Shown here: one piece after another, positions 18,001 through 27,000 of the stretch
Layout: every line of letters begins with the position of its first letter
Numbering within the stretch: the stretch's first letter is position 1
DNA from: Deltaproteobacteria bacterium
GTDB lineage: Bacteria; UBA10199; DSSB01; JACPFA01
Reading direction: 5' to 3'
Length of the DNA: 64,000 bases
Assembly (NCBI GenBank): GCA_016183235.1
Contig: JACPFA010000016.1
Location: 2,834-66,833, forward strand
The notes under the pieces: generated by a model
Seen by the model: only the letters and a program-made list of their open reading frames with translations
Told to the model about the DNA's origin: nothing
Databases searched by the model: none
Made by a program: the position numbers and the translations under genes

Positions 18001-19581
18001 GACAACGTTACCATCAATCAGCGGGGAGGCTAAATTTTCAATAAACAATCCACTGCCCCCGTTGGCTTGAACCACCAGATTTTTAATAACCAGTCGCTGA
18101 TCGATTTCGCTGCCTCGCAAATGAAACACCTGTTTTTGATTGGGCCTGGCTTGCACAATCGCCATGCCATCACCCCGCACACGATCGGCCCGCACGGTGA
18201 TGAGCCTACCCGCAAAGCCAAGCGGGGCAGGGCCTACATCGTGAACCCCACCTTTTAGCCAAACTATATCACCGCTCTTGGCCATGGCCATGGCATAACG
18301 CAGGCTTGCGCAAGCCACCGCAACACAATCTCCATCATCTATTCCCAATAATGCATCTACTTGTAACCGCCGGTTTAATTCTAAAACAGAATCGCTGGCC
18401 TTTACTGCACCCCGATCGGCGGCACCACGGGTATTGCCATAAACATCCAGGGACGGCAAACCAGTTAAGGTCCCCGTCCCTGCTACTGGGGAATTGGAAT
18501 GGATAGCGAAATCTGTTATCACAAAGGCTGCTCCCAAAGTGCCAAAGGCTGTGCCTTCCCAGACCTCGAGCATGCTATTGTTGCTACGCACTGTGAGGGT
18601 GTTTTGGTTATTCCCCATAATATAAAAATATTGCGCACCGCCGGGGCGATTGGCATTGGGTGTCACAAAATAACCTTGCCATTGATTGTCTGCCCAATCG
18701 GCACCGGCAAAACTTAAGGTCGTAGCGGTCAAGCCAGAAGAAAGCCCCGCCGTTAAAACATTGAACAAAGGATCGTTGGTATTGTTAGTCGAGTCACTCG
18801 AACAATCGGTATCATCAAAATTGTCGTCGTTGGCAAAACTCGTGTTATAGGTGGAAGGAAACGTCGCCGCACAATCGTCAAAACCGTTGTCGTAATTATT
18901 ATAAGCCAAATTATTGCGCCGGTTGCCGTAAGAAAAGGCATCGCCCTTGGCATTTACCACCGTATTGTTGGCAATAATATTATTGGCGTTGTCGTCTCCC
19001 AAAATACCCCAATAAGATTCTAAAATAATATTGTTGCGGATGACGAGATCTTTGCTGCCCCAACCATAAATGCCACGATACCCACTACGATTATCATCGC
19101 CAATGATGATGTTGTTTTCGATGATGGGAGAAGCATTGCCATTGACCACTAGGGCGTGGCCGGCTTTGGCTTTAAGCACGAGTTGACGTAAGACCGTTGT
19201 GTTGTTGATTTGGGGTTTGTTAAAAAGAAATAATTGAGCAAGGTTTGAACTTGCCTCGATGAGAGTTTGGTTTTCACCTCGCAAGCCACTCCCTTGAATA
19301 ATAAGATTTTTGGTATTGGGATTAATCGTCGCAGTAATCGAACAAAGCCCGGGGGCAATTTGAACCGTATCGCCAAGGCCAGCTTGCATGACGGCACGCG
19401 AAATAGAACGGCAGACCTTCGTTGTGTTGTTGCTACAATCGTTGGTATCGCTGCCGCTTTGGCAATCAACATAACGGATTAAAGCTTGAGCAGTGGCTGA
19501 ATAAATGAAACTGGTGGACAAGAAAATTAAAAGGCCCACGCCCCTCAGCCGATAAAGCTGTCGCACCCATCCCCTAACCAT
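15079..19581 (-). CDS. giant secreted protein (1500 aa): duplicated parallel beta-helix modules, two Calx-beta domains, a PKD-like domain, FG-GAP/VCBS repeats, and a Cys-containing C-terminal sorting tail
   Basis: Signal peptide. NNII/NNTV beta-helix repeats occur twice (aa ~35-400 and ~405-700). Calx-beta pattern (...GTAQAGIDYEE...EPDEAF, ...GAGIDYSV...EPDETI). GDVDGDGISEF, GDLNGDGKIDLV and GDVTGDGFDDLMVGAP. Tail GSGCQLQPTAFHGLPWGGWALFLLFLLLGR. Confidence 0.9.
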   Translation of the reverse strand: MVRGWVRQLYRLRGVGLLIFLSTSFIYSATAQALIRYVDCQSGSDTNDCSNNTTKVCRSISRAVMQAGLGDTVQIAPGLCSITATINPNTKNLIIQGSGLRGENQTLIEASSNLAQLFLFNKPQINNTTVLRQLVLKAKAGHALVVNGNASPIIENNIIIGDDNRSGYRGIYGWGSKDLVIRNNIILESYWGILGDDNANNIIANNTVVNAKGDAFSYGNRRNNLAYNNYDNGFDDCAATFPSTYNTSFANDDNFDDTDCSSDSTNNTNDPLFNVLTAGLSSGLTATTLSFAGADWADNQWQGYFVTPNANRPGGAQYFYIMGNNQNTLTVRSNNSMLEVWEGTAFGTLGAAFVITDFAIHSNSPVAGTGTLTGLPSLDVYGNTRGAADRGAVKASDSVLELNRRLQVDALLGIDDGDCVAVACASLRYAMAMAKSGDIVWLKGGVHDVGPAPLGFAGRLITVRADRVRGDGMAIVQARPNQKQVFHLRGSEIDQRLVIKNLVVQANGGSGLFIENLASPLIDGNVVLADDDATSFYGIYSGNSTQGLLQNNIILNSRIGIYGSQNTTNLIRNNTVLNSISYAFYRGRQLNNLTVASNGTNDNPQFKVLASRISTEISATTLTDATQTWTPDQWKGFFLIADTGDAKPHYFFIRGNTVNKLNVLSDNSLTSFAVVGNTYQILDLTPRSITIVDQGDDSNAPTYDIYGTERPQGEGVDRGAVEWVAPPEVSIDDVTLNEGDSNSTTAQFTITLSHVYPLPISIGYQTEAGTAQAGIDYEETAAVVEIAAGSTQASLTVTIKGDTLYEPDEAFGLRLTTATQDANIVDDLGVATLQNDDRPPQVYFSKASQSHWEGSATLNIPVELNNPSALPVTVSVTVSGTAQGAGIDYSVLSDTVTILAGETKGTFLINIIDDAVDEPDETILLTLENPLQASLGSQTNYRVTLVDNDETPKPRVTLPKQITLDAGKTVKLRAEVSGVAPFNYQWVVKRGGCGTLTPDTPATSAVFAAGQEFCKDTLTLLVTDSQGNTAAASTEITVMLANPKQGFLENPFVSNAHGTPIYISHTTADDGTKVTQLKVGEVSIAVECQDYNVEVSQQDYLAIVDPCANTVYLSSVPWTELKGNLTLREPVSSHVAKEENLQTPSSLSLANESIGFHQIRALNPTDELGKYLISGDVDGDGISEFLMTAPGAGEHGFAYIYNNHAQLIGLIEGSEAYPIYSLFLVSLVPGEPPQLLLGPDNLAMNPQLTFVSSADPFTSVETVPLLEAGRAWVMGERFSSEEIEHTINLGGQVQALAQGDLNGDGKIDLVLSLNNGWVYGFLGPLTADYNFTAANASFVFDHESSACFGQALAMGDVTGDGFDDLMVGAPCEQDDVGVIYVFYGSSSFAADISNAKQLVGETEQAQIGSDFLLMDQNTDGAQEIYTMTSTGEVVYFSLNETASPSDPSPSGEGGDTNGFAGSGCQLQPTAFHGLPWGGWALFLLFLLLGRIFLPKISASA

Positions 19582-19646
19582 ATCCCGATCCCTAACTTTT
19601 TTTTAAAGGAACTATCCCAGTTAATTAAAAATCCCAGACACTTAAA

Positions 19647-19676
19647 ATTGTACGGCTTTGAAGAGCGGGTTGTCAA
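19647..19676 (-). promoter_or_regulatory. sigma-70-type promoter for the 1500-aa gene
   Basis: The minus strand reads TTGACA-N18-TACAAT, about 65 bp upstream of the ATG at 19581. Confidence 0.5.
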
Positions 19677-19719
19677 GATTTTGGATAAAATCCTATTTTG
19701 GCACCTTTACTATTAGATA

Positions 19720-21603
19720 GTGCCGATTAATTATAGATTGAGGGGGAGATTCGGGTTGAGGGTGAGCAATATTTCTAATCTTCCCAAGGGCTTACGTGAA
19801 TATCTCGTGGCCCAAGATTTTCAATTATCTGATAATATCCAACCTAGCACGGCTAATCCACAAGTGGGTGATCGCCCCGACGATGGCAAGGTTTCTTTTT
19901 TGATTCAAGGCCGTCAATCGTCTGTCTATCTTGTAGTGGGGCGTAATGATCGAGTGGGGGTATTTAGAGATTTTTCACTATTAGGGTTTCCCCTAACTTA
20001 TTTCCCGGTTCATATTGGTGCTGTTAAAGATATTTCCCGTTGGGCAGCAAAGATTGATCCCCCCACCGGACCTGATTACTGGAATACTGCTATTGCCGGT
20101 ACAGAAAATCGAGCTTCACGAAATGCAAACCGCGGAATAACCCTAGCTACGGGAGTTGCCCCAAAGGGTTATCTTGAAACCAGCAGTCTCCGTGAATATT
20201 CAGAGCTACCCATAGGCCACCCTGCCAAAGATTTTTTAGAAGGGCTTTTACAAAAATTTGGTTCTGAAATTGATACTACCGCTCGCAATATTCGAAATCT
20301 AGATGAACGGCGTGCCAACGCGGCTCACATCAATAACCGTCATTTCCCAATGTTGTGGGACATGAAATCAACCAAGGCCCATTACGAAGCCGGACAAATC
20401 ATTGCCGAACAATTTTCCTACATTTTGACTCAAGATAAAGTTCAGGTGATATACCCGGGGGCTGGAGGCAATATTGGCGCTTTGGCCACGGCTATGGCCT
20501 TGGTGGACCATGGTGCAAAGCAAGTTAAATTCATCATGACAGAAATTGAAATTCCAGGAAAACCCACCACTGTTCCGACTGATGCGCTACAAACGCTCCC
20601 GGCATGGATGGATGCCAATCCCCAATTGCAGGGTAACCTAACTTATGTTCGTCATCCAGGTTTAGCAAATGGATACCGTCTGCAAGCACAATTTTATTAT
20701 AAAGGGGCACGGATCGAACTGGAATATGCCATCAATGATAGCCCTGGTGATCTTTATTTTCATCCAACAGATATTAACAACGCCGATGTTGTGTTAGTGC
20801 ATGATCCCTACAGCGAGGCTGGGAACCCTGAAGCTTTATTACTCAAGCAAATTTTACCTGAACTTAAACCATCCCATTCTCCTAAAGCTATCGTGATAGC
20901 TAACGAACTCGATAATAATCAAACCCTTGAATATGCTTATCTACGCCCTTCCGTGCTGGCCCTCCAAGGTTGGAAGGTCCCGGCTAGTTTTGGCCATGGC
21001 GGGATGTACCCCTTTCGCAACAAACGGGTAGACATTGATTATTGGTCGATGGCGGAAATTGGGCAGGCACATAGTGGCTCGGGGTTGGTGGTATCTTCCC
21101 AGAACGGTTATTGGCAGGCTTTGAAAAATAAAGAACAAATCCAATTATGGGTTGATTTTTGTAGTATGGCGGGTGGGATTGAGGCTGAGAGAACTGGCGA
21201 CCCAGGCGCTCCAGAAAGAGATTTTATGTTACGTCAAACCTATTGGAAGCGAAAGAATATAACCAAGCTTGAGCCTGAAAAAATTTATGCCTTTCTGAAT
21301 GAATACCTTCCTCAATTGACAGCAACCGAAAGCGAAGTGGTGGCGCTTGTGTTGGCACGATTGGTTCTCAGCAATTTGCTTGATGATATGGGCTTCACTG
21401 ATGATGAAAAACACGCTTTGTTAAATATCCCTGCACCGTTGAAACATGCAATGTTTTCTGCTTTAAAAAAGTATCGTATCCTAAAAGAGCCTTCCCACCA
21501 ATGGGATCCTCTTACCACAAATTCTTCTCTGGATTCACAGCGCCAAGGCCTCATTAATAAAATTGATCAAATGATACTTCGGCTACAAAGGATCTATTAC
21601 TAA
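19720..21603 (+). CDS. hypothetical protein (627 aa); central region faintly resembles a Rossmann/class-I methyltransferase fold
   Basis: Long ORF. VIYPGAGGNIGAL ... TEIE ... VLVHDPY (weak, eye-only). The start is uncertain: GTG at 19720, or TTG at 19756 after gaggggga. Confidence 0.6.
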   Translation: MPINYRLRGRFGLRVSNISNLPKGLREYLVAQDFQLSDNIQPSTANPQVGDRPDDGKVSFLIQGRQSSVYLVVGRNDRVGVFRDFSLLGFPLTYFPVHIGAVKDISRWAAKIDPPTGPDYWNTAIAGTENRASRNANRGITLATGVAPKGYLETSSLREYSELPIGHPAKDFLEGLLQKFGSEIDTTARNIRNLDERRANAAHINNRHFPMLWDMKSTKAHYEAGQIIAEQFSYILTQDKVQVIYPGAGGNIGALATAMALVDHGAKQVKFIMTEIEIPGKPTTVPTDALQTLPAWMDANPQLQGNLTYVRHPGLANGYRLQAQFYYKGARIELEYAINDSPGDLYFHPTDINNADVVLVHDPYSEAGNPEALLLKQILPELKPSHSPKAIVIANELDNNQTLEYAYLRPSVLALQGWKVPASFGHGGMYPFRNKRVDIDYWSMAEIGQAHSGSGLVVSSQNGYWQALKNKEQIQLWVDFCSMAGGIEAERTGDPGAPERDFMLRQTYWKRKNITKLEPEKIYAFLNEYLPQLTATESEVVALVLARLVLSNLLDDMGFTDDEKHALLNIPAPLKHAMFSALKKYRILKEPSHQWDPLTTNSSLDSQRQGLINKIDQMILRLQRIYY

Positions 21604-21606
21604 AAA

Positions 21607-23703
21607 CTAATTCTTAAACACATTTCTTTTTACGCCTCGGAAAAGTTTTTGCCGAGTGGGGGTGGACCACAAATTGCTGTCTTCTAAATCTTCTTTGACC
21701 AACAAACCTTGGGCAGCTGCCTTGCGCAAAGGGCTGGCTAGACGACGTAAAAATCCCCCTATCGTTACCGCATCTTCAATAAAATCTTTTCGCTCAAAAA
21801 ACTCTTGGGCATCCGCAAACTTGGCCATAACATCTAAGGCTTCTTGCGCCTGATTATATTCTAATAAAAACCTTGCCCAATCAACATAAGCCTCTAAGTC
21901 TAAGGGATCGTGCATAGCCTTGCGAGCCCAATAATTAGAAATTCTTTTTACCCAAGGTCTTGGGTCAGCAAAAGATCGGGGCAAGGCAAACAGCGCCTCT
22001 TTTGCAATTTTATTAAGATAAAAAGGTTGCTCTTTTAAGAGCACCAAACCTAAGGCCTGTTTATCCCGGGAGGCCGCCAACAGCTCTAAATAAGCCGCGC
22101 GGCTGCCTGCACCAGGCTGTAATTGGCAATGCCGTCTTGCCAAGTTTAAGGCATCGTTCGGCCGACCCTCTGAAAGCAATTCAGATAAATATTCAAAGGT
22201 AATGGCATTGGGAAATTGCTCGTAATATTTTCGAGCTAAAGCAATTGCCTCGGGTTTTTGTTTGGCTTTGATTAAAATACGACCATAAGTTTTTAACATT
22301 CGGAGAGAATGATAATATTCATAAGCACGCTTGGCCAAAGCAATGGCTTGGGGGTGCTTTTTTTCTAAGCCTAACATGGCAACGGAGTAAACGACCTGAT
22401 TTTCCGAGGGAGGGGACGCACTGTCAAAGATGGTAATGACTGTTTTAGCATCAGCATCTGCAGATGCTTTGAGAGCTTTGTCGCCCTCAGCAGCGACTTT
22501 AGCTAGAAAATTTTTAAGGTCGCGTTGGGGAATTTGCACCCCGAATCTCGCATGATTTTGCATCCAATGCTTTTCTTGGTCGGCAATCACCTCAAACCCT
22601 GGATTAAAAGTATGATCAACCACCATGGGCTCATAATAATAATCTTCCCAGCCAAGCCAATGACCTAGCTCGTGCGAAATGGCCCTGGCACCGGGGTCTG
22701 TTAAACTAGGTTCATCCCAATTCCCCATATTGGCGCGCCCTGATTTTACAAAACTAACGTCGGCATAGTCATTGGCACCCGCGGCAACAAAATGAACTTT
22801 AAGGATGGCTTGCAGCGGCCCATGTTCTAAAGAACGAGCAAAGACTAGCTCAACCCTTTGGGACAAACTTTGTAAAAATGACTTAGTTACAAAGGCCCCC
22901 ATGCCTTTTTTTGCGTTTACCGTGAGTGTCGTTTCAATTAAAAATCTGTTCCCCCCCAAAGCCGTAACCGCTAAATAGCTATCTGCTTTTTTCACCGTTT
23001 CGCCGAGTGTAAGATCGATCCAGGCGCGCGGGTCATCGGGTTTTGAATCCCCCTCCACACAAACCCCATCGTTATCTTGATCTAAGGAACAGCTACGATC
23101 TAAGGGCTGAGGGTCTGCATCGTCGTAAACACCATCTTCGTCGGTATCAAAATAGGTAGGCCCTAATTTTCGATAAAGATCAAACAATTGGCTTCTTAGC
23201 CCACTGCGGAAGCGCTCAATATCTCCCAAGGTGGTTTGGCCAACACAATGGGCATTGACCAAAAGGCCCCCCACCAACAAGGCTTGCTCATCCATCATGG
23301 TATTTAAACCCGCCAGCAGTTCGGTCACCAGCAAGCGCTTGCGCTCTAAGGTCGCAGGCTGGTTTAACTTTTCACGATACCTTTCAATATAGTCATGGGC
23401 CAGTTTATTCATGCCCCTTGCACATTGAACTTGAGCGAAGCCACCCAAGTCAGGGAGGAATCGCCTTAAAACGGAATGTTCCCCTTCACGCTTTAAATGG
23501 GTCAACACCACGGCTTTGTCGGCATCTGACAGGGCACTATATTGTTGGGCAAAATAATCGAGTTCAATGGGGTGATAGGTAGCCTCATTCACTTGCGGCG
23601 AACTGTCTATCTCATAGGCCGCACGAGTGCGCATGATGAGCTGAATTAAATTGTGAGCTGGTGGGGCCATACCCTTCCTTTTTAAGTGTCTCCAAAAATC
23701 CAA
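21607..23703 (-). CDS. putative zinc metalloprotease (HExxH) with TSP3-like acidic repeats and a C-terminal TPR-like helical repeat region
   Basis: Motifs AISHELGHWLGWEDYYYEP and DTDEDGVYDDADPQPLD...DQDNDGVC. The C-terminal half is repetitive and helical, with A/L/Y-rich ~34-aa periodicity. Confidence 0.65.
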   Translation of the reverse strand: MDFWRHLKRKGMAPPAHNLIQLIMRTRAAYEIDSSPQVNEATYHPIELDYFAQQYSALSDADKAVVLTHLKREGEHSVLRRFLPDLGGFAQVQCARGMNKLAHDYIERYREKLNQPATLERKRLLVTELLAGLNTMMDEQALLVGGLLVNAHCVGQTTLGDIERFRSGLRSQLFDLYRKLGPTYFDTDEDGVYDDADPQPLDRSCSLDQDNDGVCVEGDSKPDDPRAWIDLTLGETVKKADSYLAVTALGGNRFLIETTLTVNAKKGMGAFVTKSFLQSLSQRVELVFARSLEHGPLQAILKVHFVAAGANDYADVSFVKSGRANMGNWDEPSLTDPGARAISHELGHWLGWEDYYYEPMVVDHTFNPGFEVIADQEKHWMQNHARFGVQIPQRDLKNFLAKVAAEGDKALKASADADAKTVITIFDSASPPSENQVVYSVAMLGLEKKHPQAIALAKRAYEYYHSLRMLKTYGRILIKAKQKPEAIALARKYYEQFPNAITFEYLSELLSEGRPNDALNLARRHCQLQPGAGSRAAYLELLAASRDKQALGLVLLKEQPFYLNKIAKEALFALPRSFADPRPWVKRISNYWARKAMHDPLDLEAYVDWARFLLEYNQAQEALDVMAKFADAQEFFERKDFIEDAVTIGGFLRRLASPLRKAAAQGLLVKEDLEDSNLWSTPTRQKLFRGVKRNVFKN

Positions 23704-23977
23704 AAAAATTTACTAAAAATACACTTTATTGGCATGGATTCATAATTTTGGACTCAATATGCCAAAAATGAAATTTTTGTGAAAATTACCAATATAAACT
23801 AATAAAAACAATAAGTTATGCATCGCAATTTGTGTACAAAAAGAAGTACTCTTTGCCCAATAAAGTATTATTTCACTCAGTTAAAGACTAAAAATGAACA
23901 GATTATACACACTAATTTTGTTCCTCCGTCATGCGGTTTGCTTCTCATTCACAGTTAAATCCGGGGCTTAAGTCTGA

Positions 23978-23993
23978 TGGCACCCTTCTTGCT
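23978..23993 (+). promoter_or_regulatory. sigma-54 (RpoN) -24/-12 promoter
   Basis: TGGCAC-ccttc-TTGCT, an exact match to TGGCAC-N5-TTGCW, ~55 bp upstream of the GTG/ATG at 24049/24052 (RBS aggagg). Confidence 0.7.
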
Positions 23994-24048
23994 CTATAAG
24001 ACGGTCACGGGGGTAGCGTTTTGTTCCTAACTAATAGGAGGCACACTT

Positions 24049-27000
24049 GTGATGCAACGTTACACCCCGAAACCCGGGAGCTTATTCCCCTTCATCCTCA
24101 TCGCTCTGCTTGCCCTCAGTTATTTTGGATTAATACCATCCACGGCGTTAGGACAAGCACTAACCACACGTCAGGCACCGGCACCTATTCACAGTAATTT
24201 TTGCCCGGCTTACACTCAATCAGATTTATACCGGCCTCGTTTACAGCAAGTCACGGTGGGACCGCAAGACAATTGGATTAGCGCCATTCGCGGTGCACTC
24301 CCTGGCACGGAAATTTTGTTGCAAGATGGGGATTATTTTTTGGGCAGCACTTACACAGTCACCATTCCTGAAGAAGTAACCGTGCGTTCGGCCAGCGGGA
24401 ATCGCAATGCCGTAACTATTATTGGCCAGGGTTACGGGCCGGGGGCAGAGGCTTTAATGGTTACGGGCAAAAATGTAACCGTGGCCGATCTTTCGATCAC
24501 TCAGGTGCGCAACCATGGGATTGCCATCAAGGGCGAATCAGGGGCTCACGGAACTCATATTTACAATGTCAATCTCTATGACATTGGAACGCAAATGATC
24601 AAAGGGACCAAAGGCCCGCAAGATGCGGTCATCGCGTGTTCGGCAATGGGTTACAGCGCCAATGGCGTGCGAGGAGATTATATCGCCGCCATCGATGTTC
24701 ATGGGCCTCAAGATTTATTGATTCGCGACAATTACATTTACAACTTCATGGGAGAAGGCACGGGCTGTGAAGTTGATATTGATTGTGGCGCTTACATGTC
24801 GCAACACCCCGCCATCTTAATTTGGAACGAAGGGGCACGTGGCACCATTATTGAACGCAACGTGATGATCGAAAATTATCGTAGCATTGCCCTTGGCCTC
24901 GACCGAGGCCATGAAGATGGGATTGTTCGAAACAATTTTATTTTTCGTTCTCAGCCTGGTGATGCAGGGATCGAATTGCGCACGGCTAACAACACCTTGG
25001 TTGCCCACAATACCGTGTATGTTGAAAATTATATTGGCGCCATCGAGCTAAGCCCTGGGACCAACAATCGAATTTACAATAATTTTATCAGCGCCTATTT
25101 CCGGACACGCGATGGGGCCACGTTTACCGAAGATGGGAATTTATTTGATTTAGAACCTGGTGATTTGCTCCAGGCAGGCGATTCGCATCTGCTCGACAAT
25201 TCCCGCGCCATTGGCGCCGGAGTTTCGCTGCCCGACATTTTAACTTATGTTACTGACGACATCGATGGTGATTTGCGCGATGGGCGCTATGACATAGGTG
25301 CTGACCAATTTGTTGAAATAGCCCCACCACCCGAGCCCTTGTTTAGCCAAGCTATTCCCATCACCCAAATTATCGCCAAGACGAGCGAAAACCAAGGCAC
25401 GCGCCATGTGTTTAACGCCAAGAATGAACTTTCTTATTTTGACTTCACTCCTCCTCAAGACGGCTGGTATCGATTCCAAGTTAATTTGGGGGCTAATGCA
25501 CTTACCACTAAGTATTGGTTTGCTCTTCAAACGAACAATATTGTGGATGGAAGGATTATCCAATCTCAAAACGTTGATTCGATTGAAGCCAAAAATTATG
25601 ATTTTTACCGTCATTTAACGGCTGGGAAAAAGACCCGGGTTAATCTTATTTCCGGCACCCGCAATGGAATGGAGCATTATCTCTATGGGGTGAATATTCA
25701 AGAGACTCATGCCTTTGATGAAACCCCGCCTGAAACGACACTTAATATTGTGCGCTATGAAACAAAATTGACGTTTAAAATTAGCACCAACGAACCTCAT
25801 ACAATTTTATTTTACCTCAATGGTGCGTTAAAATCATCCAATCACACCTTAACCACTTCACGTAAATTTACCTTTACGGGCTTAACCCGTTCAACAATTT
25901 ACACTTACAAAATTATTACTAAAGATGCGTTTGGGAATGCTGACACGACTGAAGGCGAAGTAAACACCTTGCCCGATCCACTACCACCACCTCCACCACC
26001 TGAACCTACGCCGACTCCAACGCCCGTGCCTCCTCCACCGCCACCGCCTGCGCCCACACCGACACCTGTGCCACCGCCGCCTGCACCCACACCTACGCCC
26101 GTACCTCCTCCTGCGCCGACACCAACACCTGTACCACCGCCCCCCGTACCCACACCTACGCCCGTACCTCCACCGCCTGCACCTACACCGACACCACAAC
26201 CGGTGCCTAATCCAACACCTCCCGCACCCACTCCAACGCCTGTACCACCTCCACCGGTTGACGACAGCATTGATGTACCGCTCACCGTGCACTTCCCCAG
26301 TGGGGCCAATGAATCGGTCCCTGTCACCGTGGGAGTGCCTGTGCCACTCGATGCAACCGGGCCCTTCACCGTGGTGAACACAAACAACGTCGCCGTGCCC
26401 ACCCAAGTGCGTGAACAAACCCGCTCTAGCCATCAATGGTTATTGGTCGATTTCCAAGCCGAACCTAATCAAAGTTATCGCCTCAAAAAAGGCAACAGCC
26501 CGGCCGGAAATTACCAAATGAATGTCATCAACCAGGGTAGTGCTGGAATCACAGTCAACACCGGAGTCACCGAATTTAAATTACCGGCCGATACCCGATT
26601 GTTTGAACAAGTGCGTGATGCCAATGGCAATGCATTGATCGATCAAGCCGGCTTTGGTGCCAACGTAAGCCCTGCTCTCTTGGAAATCGCCGAAAATGGC
26701 CCCTTGCACACCATGGTTAAAGTCACGGCACCTCGTGCCATTCAAGGGCTTGACCTGGTGGCGAGGCTGCATTTTTACGCTGGCAAATCTTATTCCCGCG
26801 TCAGAATCACTTTGGTGAACCACAACAACTGCACGTGGAGTAGTGGTCAGCCGCGTTGTAATAATATTGGCGATACTGGCACGATTTCTTTTGAAGATGT
26901 TTCTTGGTCGCTCACGGTGCATAACCCAGAGGCCAGTCGTAACGAAGTGCTTTATCAAGATTCAAGCGGAACCAATGGTTGGAACTACTACCAAGGCCGA

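Noticed and set aside
19693-19712. TGGCAC upstream of the 627-aa gene as a second sigma-54 promoter
   Set aside because: The sequence reads TGGCAC-cttta-ctatt. There is no TTGC at the -12 position.
25905-26436. Antisense ORFs (165 aa and 151 aa), with similar ones at 28453-28733 and 29251-29522
   Set aside because: They mirror the PT-rich linkers of the 2407-aa gene. Their Gly-only or Arg/Trp/Cys-only low-complexity composition marks them as artefacts of the repeat.
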